A stretch of 64,000 nucleotides of DNA from the human T2T-CHM13v2.0 reference genome, Homo sapiens: the NCBI RefSeq assembly GCF_009914755.1, contig NC_060934.1, one strand, 5' to 3'. A program made the position numbers and the translations under genes. The notes below the pieces were generated by a model. It saw only the letters and a program-made list of their open reading frames with translations, ran no database searches and had not been told where the DNA came from. Shown here one piece after another: positions 1 through 10,829 of this stretch (within the stretch, counting starts at the first letter, position 1; each line of letters starts with the position of its first letter).

Positions 1-2331
1 GGGGAGAGGTGGGGGAGAGGTGGGGGAGAGGTGGGGGGAGAGGTGGGGAGAGGTGGGGGGAGAGATGGGGAGAGGTGGGGGCAGAGGTGGGGGAGAGGTG
101 GGGGAGAGGTGGGGGAGAGGTGGATGGGGAGAGGTGGATGGGGAGAGGTGGGGGAGAGGTGGATGGGGAGAGGTGGATGGGGAGAGGTGGGGGAGAGAGC
201 TGGGGGGGAGAGGTTGGGGGAGAGGTAGGGGAGAGGTGGGAGGGAGAGGTGGGAGAGAGAGGTGGGAGAGAGGTGGGGGAGAGAGGTGGGGGAGAGAGGT
301 GGGGGCAGAGGTGGGGAGAGGTGGGGGAGAGAGATGGGAGAGAGGTAGGAGAGAGGTGGGGGAGAGAGGTGGGGGCAGAGGTGGAGAGAGGTGGGGGCAG
401 AGGTGGGGAGAGGTGGGGGAGAGAGGTGGGGAGAGGTAGGGGGACAGGTAGGTGAGAGGTGGGGGAGAAAGGTGGGAGAGAGGTGGGGGAGAGAGGTGGG
501 AGAGAGGTGGGGGAGAGAGGTGGGAGAGAGGTGGGGGAGAGAGGTGGGGGCAGAGGTGGGGGAGAGAGGTGGGGGAGAGAGGTAGGGGAGAGAGGTGGGG
601 GCAGAGGTGGGGAGAGGTGGGGGAGAGAGGTGGGGGGAGGTGGGGGAGGGAGGTGGGGGAGAGAGATGGGAGAGAGGTGGGGGCAGAGGTGGGGGAGAGG
701 TGGGGGCAGAGGTGGGAGAGAGGTGGGAGAGAGGTGGGGGAGAGGTGGGGGAGAGGTGGGAGAGAGGTGGGAGAGAGGTGGGAGAGAGGTGGGGGAGAGA
801 GGTGGGGGGAGGTGGGGGAGGGAGGTGGGGGAGAGAGGTGGGAGAGAGGTGGGAGAGAGGTGGGAGAGAGGTGGGGGAGAGAGGTGGGGGGAGGTGGGGG
901 AGGGAGGTGGGGGAGAGAGGTGGGAGAGAGGTGGGGGAGAGGTGGGGGAGAGGTGGGGGAGAGGTGGGGGAGAGGTGGGGGAGAGAGGTGGGGGGAGGTG
1001 GGGGAGGGAGGTGGGGGAGAGAGATGGAGAGAGGTGGGGGAGAGGTGGGAGAGAGGTGGGAGAGAGGTGGGGGAGAGGTGGGGGAGAGAGGTGGGAGAGA
1101 GGTGGGGGGAGGTGGGGGAGGGAGGTGGGGGAGAGGTGGGGGAGAGAGGTGGGGGAGAGGTGGGGGAGAGGTGGGGGAGAGGTGGGGGAGAGGTGGGAGA
1201 GAGGTTGGGGAGAGAGGTGGGGGGAGGTGGGGGAGGGAGGTGGGGGAGAGAGATGGAGAGAGGTGGGGGAGAGGTGGGAGAGAGGTGGGAGAGAGGTGGG
1301 AGAGAGGTGGGGGAGAGGTGGGGGAGAGAGGTGGGGGGAGGTGGAGGAGGGAGGTGGGGGAGAGAGATGGAGAGAGGTGGGGAAGAGGTGGGGGAGAGGT
1401 GGGGGAGAGGTGGGGGAGAGGTGGGGGGAGGTGGGGGAGAGAGATGGAGAGAGATGGGGGAGAGGTGGGGGAGAGGTGGGGGAGAGGTGGGGGAGAGGTG
1501 GGGGAGAGGTGGGGGAGAGAGATGGAGAGAGGTGGGGGAGAGGTGGGGAAGAGGTGGGGGAGAGGTGGGGGAGAGGTGGGGGAGAGGTGGGGGAGAGGTG
1601 GGGGAGAGAGATGGAGAGAGATGGGGAGAGGTGGGGGAGAGGTGGGGGAGAGGTGGGGGAGAGGTGGGGGAGAGAGATGGAGAGAGGTGGGGGAGAGGTG
1701 GGGGAGAGGTGGGGGAGAGAGATGGAGAGAGGTGGGGGAGAGGTGGGGGAGAGGTGGGGGAGAGGTGGGGGAGAGGTGGGAGAGAGGTGGGAGAGAGGTG
1801 GGGGAGAGAGGTGGGGGGAGGTGGGGGAGGGAGGTGGGGGAGAGAGGTGGGGAAGAGGTGGGGGAGAGGTGGGGGAGAGGTGGGGGAGAGGTGGGGGGAG
1901 GTGGGGGAGAGAGATGGAGAGAGGTGGGGGAGAGGTGGGGGAGAGGTGGGGGAGAGGTGGGGGAGAGGTGGGGGAGAGGTGGGGGAGAGAGGTGGGGGGA
2001 GGTGGGGGAGGGAGGTGGGGGAGAGGTGGGGGAGAGGTGGGGGAGAGGTGGGGGAGAGGTGGGGGGAGGTGGGGGAGAGAGATGGAGAGAGGTGGGGGAG
2101 AGAGGTGGGGGAGAGGTGGGGGAGAGGTGGGGGAGAGGTGGGGGGAGAGAGGTGGGGGAGATGTGGGGGGAGGTGGGGGAGAGAGATGGAGAGAGGTGGG
2201 GAGAGGTGGGGGAGAGGTGGGGGAGAGGTGGGGGAGAGAGATGGAGAGAGGTGGGGGAGATGTGGGGGGAGGTGGGGGAGAGAGATGGAGAGAGGTGGGG
2301 AGAGGTGGGGGAGAGGTGGGGGAGAGGTGGG
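1..2331 (+). repeat. G-rich minisatellite, core unit GGGGGAGAGGT (about 11 bp) with variants; begins upstream of the window
   Basis: Continuous imperfect repeats of ggggg-agaggt with gagagatgg/ggcagaggt variants, almost no C on the + strand; ends at ...gaggtggggtcctcc. Confidence 0.97.
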
Positions 2332-2339
2332 GTCCTCCA

Positions 2340-2960
2340 CGGAGCTGTGCGCAGCTTGCTTTCGCCTGTGTCTACTAGATCCCACGGAATCCGCTTGGAG
2401 AGTCTCAGGACTGAGTGTCCAGCAGCTCACTTATAGGGAGAGCCCAGACGCAGGCCACAGGTCGGCGCAGGGCTGAGCCCGAGAGCACGATGCAGAGCCA
2501 GCGTGAGGAGGAAGCTCCGCAGCGGCCGCCCCTGGAGCCCGGATGCAGGGACCAGCTCTGCTGCCTGACGCCGCGGCCGACATCAGGGCCACTTCCGGTC
2601 CGCACCCAGCCCTCGCTGCCCCTCAGGAACGACCCTGCCGCTGCTACCACAGAAACCCGAGTGCCTCAGCCTCTGCAGAGTCTGTTCATGCTGTTGTGAC
2701 GAAGACCATAGACTGGCGGCTTCTAAACAGCAGACATTTCTTCCTCTCAGTCTTGGAATCCGGGAAGTTCAAGACCAAAGTGCCGGCAAATTGGCGGCCG
2801 GTGAAGGCCGGTTTCCTCATCCTGCGCCCTCTCACAGTGGGAGGGAAGCACGCGGTCCCTCGAGCCTCGTTCATAAAGGGCCCTCACTCCCCTCGCGAGG
2901 GCTCTGCCCCCCTGACCTCATCACCCCCAAGGCCTCATCTCCAACAGCATCCTATCTCGG
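2340..2960. promoter_or_regulatory. Small CpG-rich element with a consensus ETS site (candidate enhancer/promoter)
   Basis: Visibly CpG-dense (e.g. ccgcggccga, agcggccgcc); CACTTCCGGT at 2590-2599 is the reverse complement of ACCGGAAGTG (GABPA/ELK). Function is inferred only. Confidence 0.35.
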
Positions 2961-4202
2961 GTTAGGGTTCCAGCACGTGAGCCTGCGGGGGACGTTCCAG
3001 CACGTGAGCCTGCGGGGGACGTTCCCGCATGTGAGCCTGCGGGGGACGTTCCCGCATGTGAGCCTGCGGGGGACGTTCCAGCCTGTGAGCCTGCGGGGGA
3101 CGTTCCAGCATGTGAGCCTGCGGGGGACGTTCCAGCATGTGAGCCTGCGGGGGACGTTCCCGCATGTGAGCCTGCGGGGGACGTTCCAGCATGTGAGCCT
3201 GCGGGGGACGTTCCAGCATGTGAACCTGCGGGGGACGTTCCAGCATGTGAGCCTGCGGGGGACGTTCCAGCCTGTGAGCCTGCGGGGGACGTTCCAGCAT
3301 GTGAGCCTGCGGGGGACGTTCCCGCATGTGAGCCTGCGGGGGACGTTCCCGCATGTGAGCCTGCGGGGGACGTTCCAGCATGTGAGCCTGCGGGGGACGT
3401 TCCAGCCTGTGAGCCTGCGGGGGACGTTCCCGCATGTGAGCCTGCGGGGGACGTTCCCGCATGTGAGCCTGCGGGGGACGTTCCAGCATGTGAGCCTGCG
3501 GGGGACGTTCCCGCATGTGAGCCTGCGGGGGACGTTCCCGCATGTGAGCCTGCGGGGGACGTTCCAGCATGTGAGTCTGCGGGGGACGTTCCAGCCTGTG
3601 AGCCTGCGGGGGACGTTCCAGCCTGTGAGCCTGCGGGGGACGTTCCCGCATGTGAGCCTGCGGGGGACGTTCCAGCATGTGAGTCTGCGGGGGACGTTCC
3701 AGCATGTGAGCCTGCGGGGGACGTTCCAGCATGTGAGTTTGCGGGGGACGTTCCAGCCTGTGAGCCTGCGGGGGACGTTCCAGCCTGTGAGCCTGCGGGG
3801 GACGTTCCCGCATGTGAGCCTGCGGGGGACGTTCCAGCATGTGAGCCTGCGGGGGACGTTCCAGCATGTGAGCCTGCGGGGGACGTTCCCGCATGTGAGC
3901 CTGCGGGGGACGTTCCAGCCTGTGAGCCTGCGGGGGACGTTCCAGCCTGTGAGCCTGCGGGGGACGTTCCCGCATGTGAGCCTGCGGGGGACGTTCCCGC
4001 ATGTGAGCCTGCGGGGGACGTTCCAGCATGTGAGCCTGCGGGGGACGTTCCAGCATGTGAGCCTGCGGGGGACGTTCCAGCATGTGAGTCTGAGGGGGAC
4101 GTTCCAGCATGTGAGTCTGCGGGGGACGTTCCAGCATGTGAGTCTGCGGGGGACGTTCCAGCATGTGAGTTTGCGGGGGACACAGACATTCAGACCATGG
4201 CA
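2674..4202 (-). mobile_element. MLT1A-type MaLR solo LTR interrupted by a 27-bp VNTR
   Basis: 2674-2967 matches antisense MLT1A (accatagactgg..aaacagcagacattt..gggaagttcaagacc..gagggctc..tgacctcatcacc..gggttaggg); the LTR end resumes after the VNTR as ggggacacagacattcagaccatggca. Confidence 0.85.
2968..4181 (+). repeat. 27-bp VNTR TTCCAGCATGTGAGCCTGCGGGGGACG, 45 copies
   Basis: First unit starts at 2968 and last at 4156 (44 x 27 bp apart); interspersed single-base variants (ccg, cct, gagt, cacg). Confidence 0.98.
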
Positions 4203-4519
4203 GCTACCTCGGCCACCAAATACTCTCCTCCAAATTGAACTCTCCCGTCGGAGCCTCTGATGGACAGAGCCTGAGTTACTTCCTGCCTCCCAAGCCGACG
4301 GGGGAGGTGAGTTCTATGTACCGCCCAAGGGAGCTGCCCTCAACACAGAGAAGCCTCCCAGAGGGTGGCCACGGGCCGTGGCCTGACAGTGGCACTGCTT
4401 CGTCTGAAAAGGGCTGGCCAGGAGAGGATAGCTGAACAGCTGGGCCTGCACCAGCAGCTCTTCCAGAGTGGAAGGGGCCCATGGGAGGTGGCCCAGTGCT
4501 TCAACCCTGGTTCCTCTCT

Positions 4520-5170
4520 GTTTTAGTTTTAGCTCTTAAATTGGGTCTTTGATCCTCTTTCTGTTAATTTTTGCATATTGTGTTATGTAGCAGTCAAACT
4601 TCATTTTTTTGCATGTGGATATCCAGTTGTTCCAGCACCGTTTGCTAGAGAAATTATTTTTTTCATTGACTGGCTTTCACACCCTCTTGAAAACCAATGG
4701 GTTACATAGGCTTATTTCTGAACTCCCACTTCCATTCCATTGGTCCGTATATTTATCAATAGGCCAGCATCACATTGTTTTAATTATTGTAGCTTTGTAG
4801 TTAAGTTCTGAAATCAGGAAGTGTAAGTTCTTCAACTTCATTCTTCTTTGTTTTTCTTTTGCAAGAACTATTCAAGGTTTTTTGCAATTCCATATGAATT
4901 TTAGAATTAGCTCTTTCATTTTTGCAAAAAGGGTTCTTGTAAGATTGACAGGGACTGCACTGAATTCATAAGTAGCTCTGGGTACTGTTGCCATCCTAAC
5001 AATGTTAAGTCTTCTAATCCATGAACATAAGATGCGTTTCCACTTATTTATGTAATCTTTAATTTATTTCAGCAATGTTTTATAGTTTTCAGTATACCGT
5101 GCTTTCTCCTCCTTGGTTAAGTTTATTCCTAAGTATTTCATAATTTTTGATATTGTAAATGGAATTATTT
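4520..5170 (-). mobile_element. Old L1M ORF2 fragment, antisense
   Basis: tgcatgtggatatccagttgttccagcacc, ttccatatgaattttagaat, tcttctaatccatgaacat are typical antisense L1 ORF2 motifs. Confidence 0.85.
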
Positions 5171-5199
5171 ATTTTATTTTACTTTAATTTGATTATTAC

Positions 5200-6730
5200 A
5201 TCTCAGTGTAGATCTCTTTGAGCTTATCCTACTTAGTTTGCTGAGCTCCTTGGATTTGTATATTCACATATTTCATAAAATTTAGAAAAGTTTTGGCCAT
5301 ATTTCTTCATATAGTCTCTCTGCCCCTTTATATCACTCTCCTCCCCTCAGAATCAATAATTTCAATGGTCCTGTCTTTAAATTCTCTGATTATTTCTTCT
5401 TCCTGTTTAAATCTACTGTTGAACTCCTCTAGTTATTTTTTTTTGTTTAAGATCTTCTACTTTTTAATTCTAGAATTTCAATTTGGTTCCTCTTTATAAT
5501 TTCTATCTCTTTACTGATATGCTCTATTTTGGGGGATATCATTCTCTCATTTTCCTTTATTTCTTTGCCAATGGTTTTCTATAGCTTTTCAAACATATTT
5601 AATAATATTCTCCATAATTGAAATGTGCTTAAATTGATTTGAAGTCTTCCTCTAGTAAGTTTAATGTCTGCTTAATTTCTGCTTACTTTTGCTTACAAGC
5701 AAGCCGTTCTTTTTTGTTTTTGCATGTCTTGTTATATTTTTGTTGAAAATGAGACATCTTGAATATTATAGTGGGGTAAATCTGAAAATCAGACTGTTCT
5801 TCTCCTCAAGGTTTTTTGTTGTCCCTTGCTGTAGGTTGCAGTTGCTTGTTTAGTGACTTTTCTGAACTATTTTTAAAGACTACCTTCTTTATTGTATATG
5901 ATATGGTCAGCAATGTTTTGACAGAGATTTCCTTGAATGCCTGGAACACCTCCCTTGGCCCCAGAAAAAAATTAAAGGAAATACTCCCCTGGTCTTTGCA
6001 AATCAGTTCTGTATCGCAGCACCCCTCCACTTAGCCAGTCCATTCAACTCTGCCTTAGCCTTCACTTCCTGCTTGCAATGAACCCAAAGATAAGCTGGAG
6101 GTGAAACATTAGGTCTTCTCAGGTCCTTTCTGAGTCTACATGCTGTACTGGTCATACACATGGCATTCTATATTATATGCAAGAGATTTTCAAACCCCTT
6201 AATCCCCAAAGTAACTCTCAGATTATCCCCCAGGCTTTTGGCTCATCTATTGTTTGACCCAGGTGTCAGCAGTTTGTTCATTGACTTTTCAATGTTGGTA
6301 AGAAACACTCTCTGCTGTCCACTTTTCTGTGCTGAGGGAGTTCTAAGTTAGGCAAAACAATGGCCCACTGTTACTCCTTAAGGGACACCCCAAGCAAGTC
6401 AAAACAGACAAACATGATTGCTTGGGAATCAGATCCACCCTCCCCCAGAGCCCGGGATCCACACTGAAGCCTGGACCACCATATTCAAGACCAGCACCAC
6501 ACAGGGTGAGGATGAGGCAGTGCTAAGTTCAAATGCCACAAGGCTCTCCCACCATCTTTAAGTCACCTTTTTCTTGATAAAACATTTGTTTGGTTGCTGT
6601 AAACCTTTGACTACTTTCCAGAGTTCTGACTAGGTTATCTCAATAGTTCTCTGTGTCTCTCTTTCTGTTTTTGATGTTTTTGTAGAGGGACAGCCCTTGG
6701 GGCTCCCTGCTCCCCGACTTTTGCTGACCC
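5200..6730 (-). mobile_element. Old L1M ORF1/5' region fragment, antisense
   Basis: gatctctttgagcttatcctactt..aaatttagaaaagttttggccat, tctactgttgaactcctctag; T-rich; boundaries approximate. Confidence 0.6.
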
Positions 6731-9679
6731 TTACCCTCATCTTTCACCTCAACCACAAGCTGCTTTTCAAAACTTCTGTACTAGTGATACTGAAAAGAAG
6801 CAGGTAAAGTTGTCCTTTCTGTTACCTTCTCTATGCAGAAGTGCGTTAACTCATCCTCTCCTCACCCAGCTTGATGGGCAAGGGCTCTCCTTTCTCCCAT
6901 TTTGCAGACCATGAGTTTGAGGCTTACCAGGGTCATTGTGGCTGAAAGCTGCAGAGCAGCAGAGAGAGGATTTAAAGTCCAGCCAGCCATCTGGCCCTAG
7001 ATCCTATTTCTCACACCAATGCACCACAGTTCTATAAGGCCAAAGTCTAGGAGCTGCTGTGGGATTACATTCTCCCCCACCTTCTTCCTTCTTTCACCCT
7101 GAGGTCCCCCCTTTTGAAGGCTAAACACACAAGCACACCCTGGGGGTGGGGCTGAGGGAAGGCTCTGCGATTCTGATCAGGTCACAGTGGACAAGGTCTT
7201 CTGCCCTAGTACAAGAACTTGGGAACACAGGGAGTTGGTGTGCTGTTGCTCCAAACACGGAACATTTCTAAAAGTTGACATGTCAATTCTGTGCAATTTT
7301 TCTTTCATTTGTTATGAAAACATTCTGTTGCTCTTAAGGAAGCAAACAGTTGGTGTTTATCTTCTACCACTTACCACAAGTGTGATTTGAAAAACAAACC
7401 GATTTTCCAGCTGCTCAGTGATTAAAATGTTTGACAATTTATGTCTTCATGTTTGATTTGTGGCCCAGAAGGTGAGAAGTACAATAAAGATGTCCTTCCA
7501 TGTCCCTGAGCTGAGCTGGCATCCTCCACGTCCTCAGCATACTCTGAAAGTCCTTTGTAAAAAATGCCTCTTGGAGTAATTTAAGATGGAGCTGAAAAGT
7601 GGCCCTTTAATTGAGTTGAGTTGCAGCACTTCTGAAGCCACTTAAACCGTAGTACCAAATTAGGAAGGAAACATTTCTAGAATGAGTTGTGTTCTGTTCC
7701 AAAATAATTCCTTATTGAGGTCCCAAGGCATGATTTGCATATGATGAGCAATCAGAAATTGTAGTGTGGAAAGGAAGCATTTGGATAGACCTTGAGGATA
7801 TGTGGAAGCCCTTCATGGTTCTGATTCTTTTTCTCTTTGGTATTTGTGTTGTTCTAGAATCACAGCACATCATAAAGTAAGAGAAAATGTGATCGATGGG
7901 TGGGAGGGTAAGCTGATGCTTTAAGCCTTTCTCACCTAACTAACTGCAGGTAGACAGCACGTGGTACAGAAACAGGTCCCTGAAAATGGGCAGGGAGAAA
8001 TCCTTCTGTAAGATGAATAGCCCTTAAATGCAGTATTCAAGCTTGTTGTTTGAAGGCAATGTCTGATTAAGTCCTTTTGTTGCTCATTTATGGAACAAAC
8101 AGTTCACCTAATTAGTTAAAGCCCTATTTCTAAATGCATAGTTCCTTCCGATGGGAGCAACCAAGCGGCCTTGCCACTAGGCTTAGCGACGCTGGGCAGT
8201 CACTGGGAGCTGACCGTCTGCTTCAAGGCCCCGACTCTGGAGTTCCATTCCAGCCAATGGCCAGACCACAAAGCCAGGATGGGACATAATTCTTTAGAAT
8301 AAATCAAGAACTAAGAAAAAAGGGAGTTTAGGGGAAGACGTCAGCCCCACAGGGCAGTGTCCAGGAGGTTTAGCAAAGACACTGTAGGGATAGTTTGAGG
8401 AATCAGAGGACACAGCACAAATGTAGAAATCTTGCACAGCTTTGATCCCCTGGCCAGAATTGCAACACACCCCAGGCCACCATATGAGATTCCAGTGATG
8501 CTCAGGGGAGTGACGCCTTCCAGTAACCTCCCAGGGACGTGGTGGGGAGGTCACTGTGAATGCAGAAGGCCACTGAGTGGAGCATCACAGGAGTGCTGTG
8601 GATCAGGCACTGGTGGGTCATACAACCCTTCAGACACTGGCACCTGCAGGCTCTGCAGCCCACAGGGTGGCCAGTGCCTGGTACTCACCATTCTGAGCTA
8701 ACTGGCACTGTCACTGCCCCCTCCTCCTGCTGCCACTGGCCAGCAGGTCCAGAGGGCAGATGTTCAAAGAGCAAGCCTGTGCCTTGGAGTTACCCTCCCT
8801 GCTACCACTCACTCACACTCCTATGGGCCTACAGCAAACACGTGGGCACTCTTAACCTCAGCTCACAGCAAAGCCTTGGCATCCCTGAGGCCCAGAGCGC
8901 CGACCTCTGCCAAGGTCACCTGTGGCCAAGGGCATGGTGAGAGACTTTCTCTGGGGCTTTTTCCTCCTTCTGGACGCCATGTCCCTGAGCTGATTCACAC
9001 GGGAGATTCATACATTGCTAAATAAGACTTTGACCTAGCGCCGTTCCCTGAAGTTTCCCAGGTCTGAGGAGCAAAACAAACAAATGCAAAGGAAAATACA
9101 AAGCAGATAAAGCCATGAGGTAGAGACCAAGGACACACCCTCCACACCCAGCAACGTGGAGGGGCTGCCCAAGCCCACTGAGGGGCGTCGGTTGCCATCA
9201 ATAATAACTTCACACGCTGTCCATGCTCTCACCTTGGTCTCATCCCAGAAAGTAACTTCATTGATATGTGAAATCTGATATCCAACTATATTGCAATTGA
9301 GGAAAAATATATTCCCTTCAGCCCCCTTCCCCATTATAAAGACTTTATGCCCAAATCAGTTTAAATTTACTTTTTAATTATGTACATAGCTTTCTTATGT
9401 GAAGCTTCTGACTAGAAATATGTATCTCATTTTATTTTATGTTATTCCATTGACCCAAACACAAAGTCATTTTTCTTGAATACTGAATGCTCATGTACCT
9501 TTTTAATTAAAGCTTAAAAAGCTCTTAATTAAAGTCATAAATCAGGGGCAGCAATTTCTACCTAAATTGTCTTGCAAGCCTTCCTGGTTTTCCTTCTGCT
9601 TCACGGTGACCTGTGAGGCAACTGCGGGGTGAAGATGCCTTTCACATTTAATCTGTGGTAAGCAGCTTGGGCGTGGGGG

Positions 9680-10087
9680 AGCGGGCGGGCAGTCCTATCA
9701 CGGCGTCTCTGTCACCAGCCAGGTGACTGTGGTGGCCAGCAGGGCCAGGCGGTCTTTGTGAGCAGGCAGGTGGTCCTATCGTGGCGTTTCTGTCACCTGC
9801 CAGGTGGCTGTGGTGGCCAGCAGGGCCAGGTGGTCTTCGTGAGCAGTCGGGTGGTCCTATCGTGGCGTTTCTGTCACCTGCCAGGTGCCTGTGGTGGCCA
9901 GCAGAACCAGGTGGTCTTCGTGAGCAGGCAGGTGGTCCTATTGTGGCGTTTCTGTCACCTGCCAGGTGCCTGTGGTGGCCAGCAGGGCCAGGCAGTCTTC
10001 ATGAGTGGGCGGGTGGTCCTATTGTGGCGTCTCTGTCACCAGCCAGGTGCCTGTGGTGGCCAGCAGGGCCAGGCGGTCTTCATGGGA
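9680..10087 (+). repeat. 81-bp minisatellite, about 5 copies
   Basis: gtccta.. recurs at 9692, 9773, 9854, 9935 and 10016. Confidence 0.95.
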
Positions 10088-10216
10088 GCATTATTCACGG
10101 ACCCTCATCCCGTCTCATGCCTCCCCTGCCTTCCTCTACTGTGGTGACGAGGACAGGGCTCACCTGTGCACTCATTTCCAGGATGGCGGGCAGTTTTCTA
10201 GAAGCTTTTGTATGCC

Positions 10217-10701
10217 AAGAATTGGCCATGTCTTCTTTTGAAAAGTGTCTGTTCATGTCCTTTGCCCACTTCTCAGTGGGGCTGTTTGGTGTTTGCTTAC
10301 AAATTTGTTTAAGCTCTTTATAGGGCTAGATATTAGACCTCTATCAGATGCATATAGTTTGCAGATATTTCCTCCCATTCTATGCCATTATCCTTAGCAA
10401 ACTAATGCAGGAACAGTAAACCAAATACTGCATGTTCTCACTTAGAAGTGGGGGCTAAATGATGAGAACACATGGACACAAGAAGGGGAGCAGCACACAC
10501 TGGGGCCTACTTGAGGGTGGAGGGTGGAAGGAGGAAGGGGATCAGAAAAAAATAACCATTGCATATTAAGTTTAGTACCCGGGCAATGAAATAATCTGTA
10601 CATCAAACCCCCGTGACCCGAGTTTATCTACATAACAAACCTGCGCATGTACCCTGAACCTAAAATAAAAGTTAAAAAAAATTTAAAAAAGAATTGGCCA
10701 T
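10217..10701 (+). mobile_element. 5'-inverted (twin-primed) truncated L1PA (about PA13-16) with TSD
   Basis: Antisense ORF2 piece about 10230-10383, then sense ORF2 end/3'UTR with A-tail about 10384-10688; TSD AAGAATTGGCCAT at 10217-10229 and 10689-10701. Confidence 0.9.
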
Positions 10702-10829
10702 ATACTGATATTTTCAAAAATTAAGTGGCTCTTGCCAGTACCTCATCGGGGTACAGTTAGCACTTGACAAATTGCCTGTTCTGCACACACTGCACAGTTC
10801 GATAAGTTTTGAAATCTGCGCACATCAAG

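Noticed and set aside
630-2020. PRDM9 hotspot motif in the G-rich repeat
   Set aside because: The reverse strand has CCTCCCT, but spacing is CCTCCCTCCCCCAC, one base too long for CCNCCNTNNCCNC
1-2331. Telomeric or interstitial telomeric repeat
   Set aside because: No TTAGGG arrays; the unit is GGGGGAGAGGT
9-2476. ORFs of 600-670 aa (G/E/R/W-rich) in all three + frames
   Set aside because: Artefact of a G/A-rich repeat that almost never contains stop codons; low complexity with no domain
2968-4181. CRISPR-like array
   Set aside because: Head-to-tail repeats without unique spacers; eukaryotic context with no cas genes
2791-4260. 489/422/400-aa ORFs with 9-aa periodicity (FQHVSLRGT and others)
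   Set aside because: Translation of a 27-bp VNTR, open on both strands and embedded in an LTR; no evidence of coding
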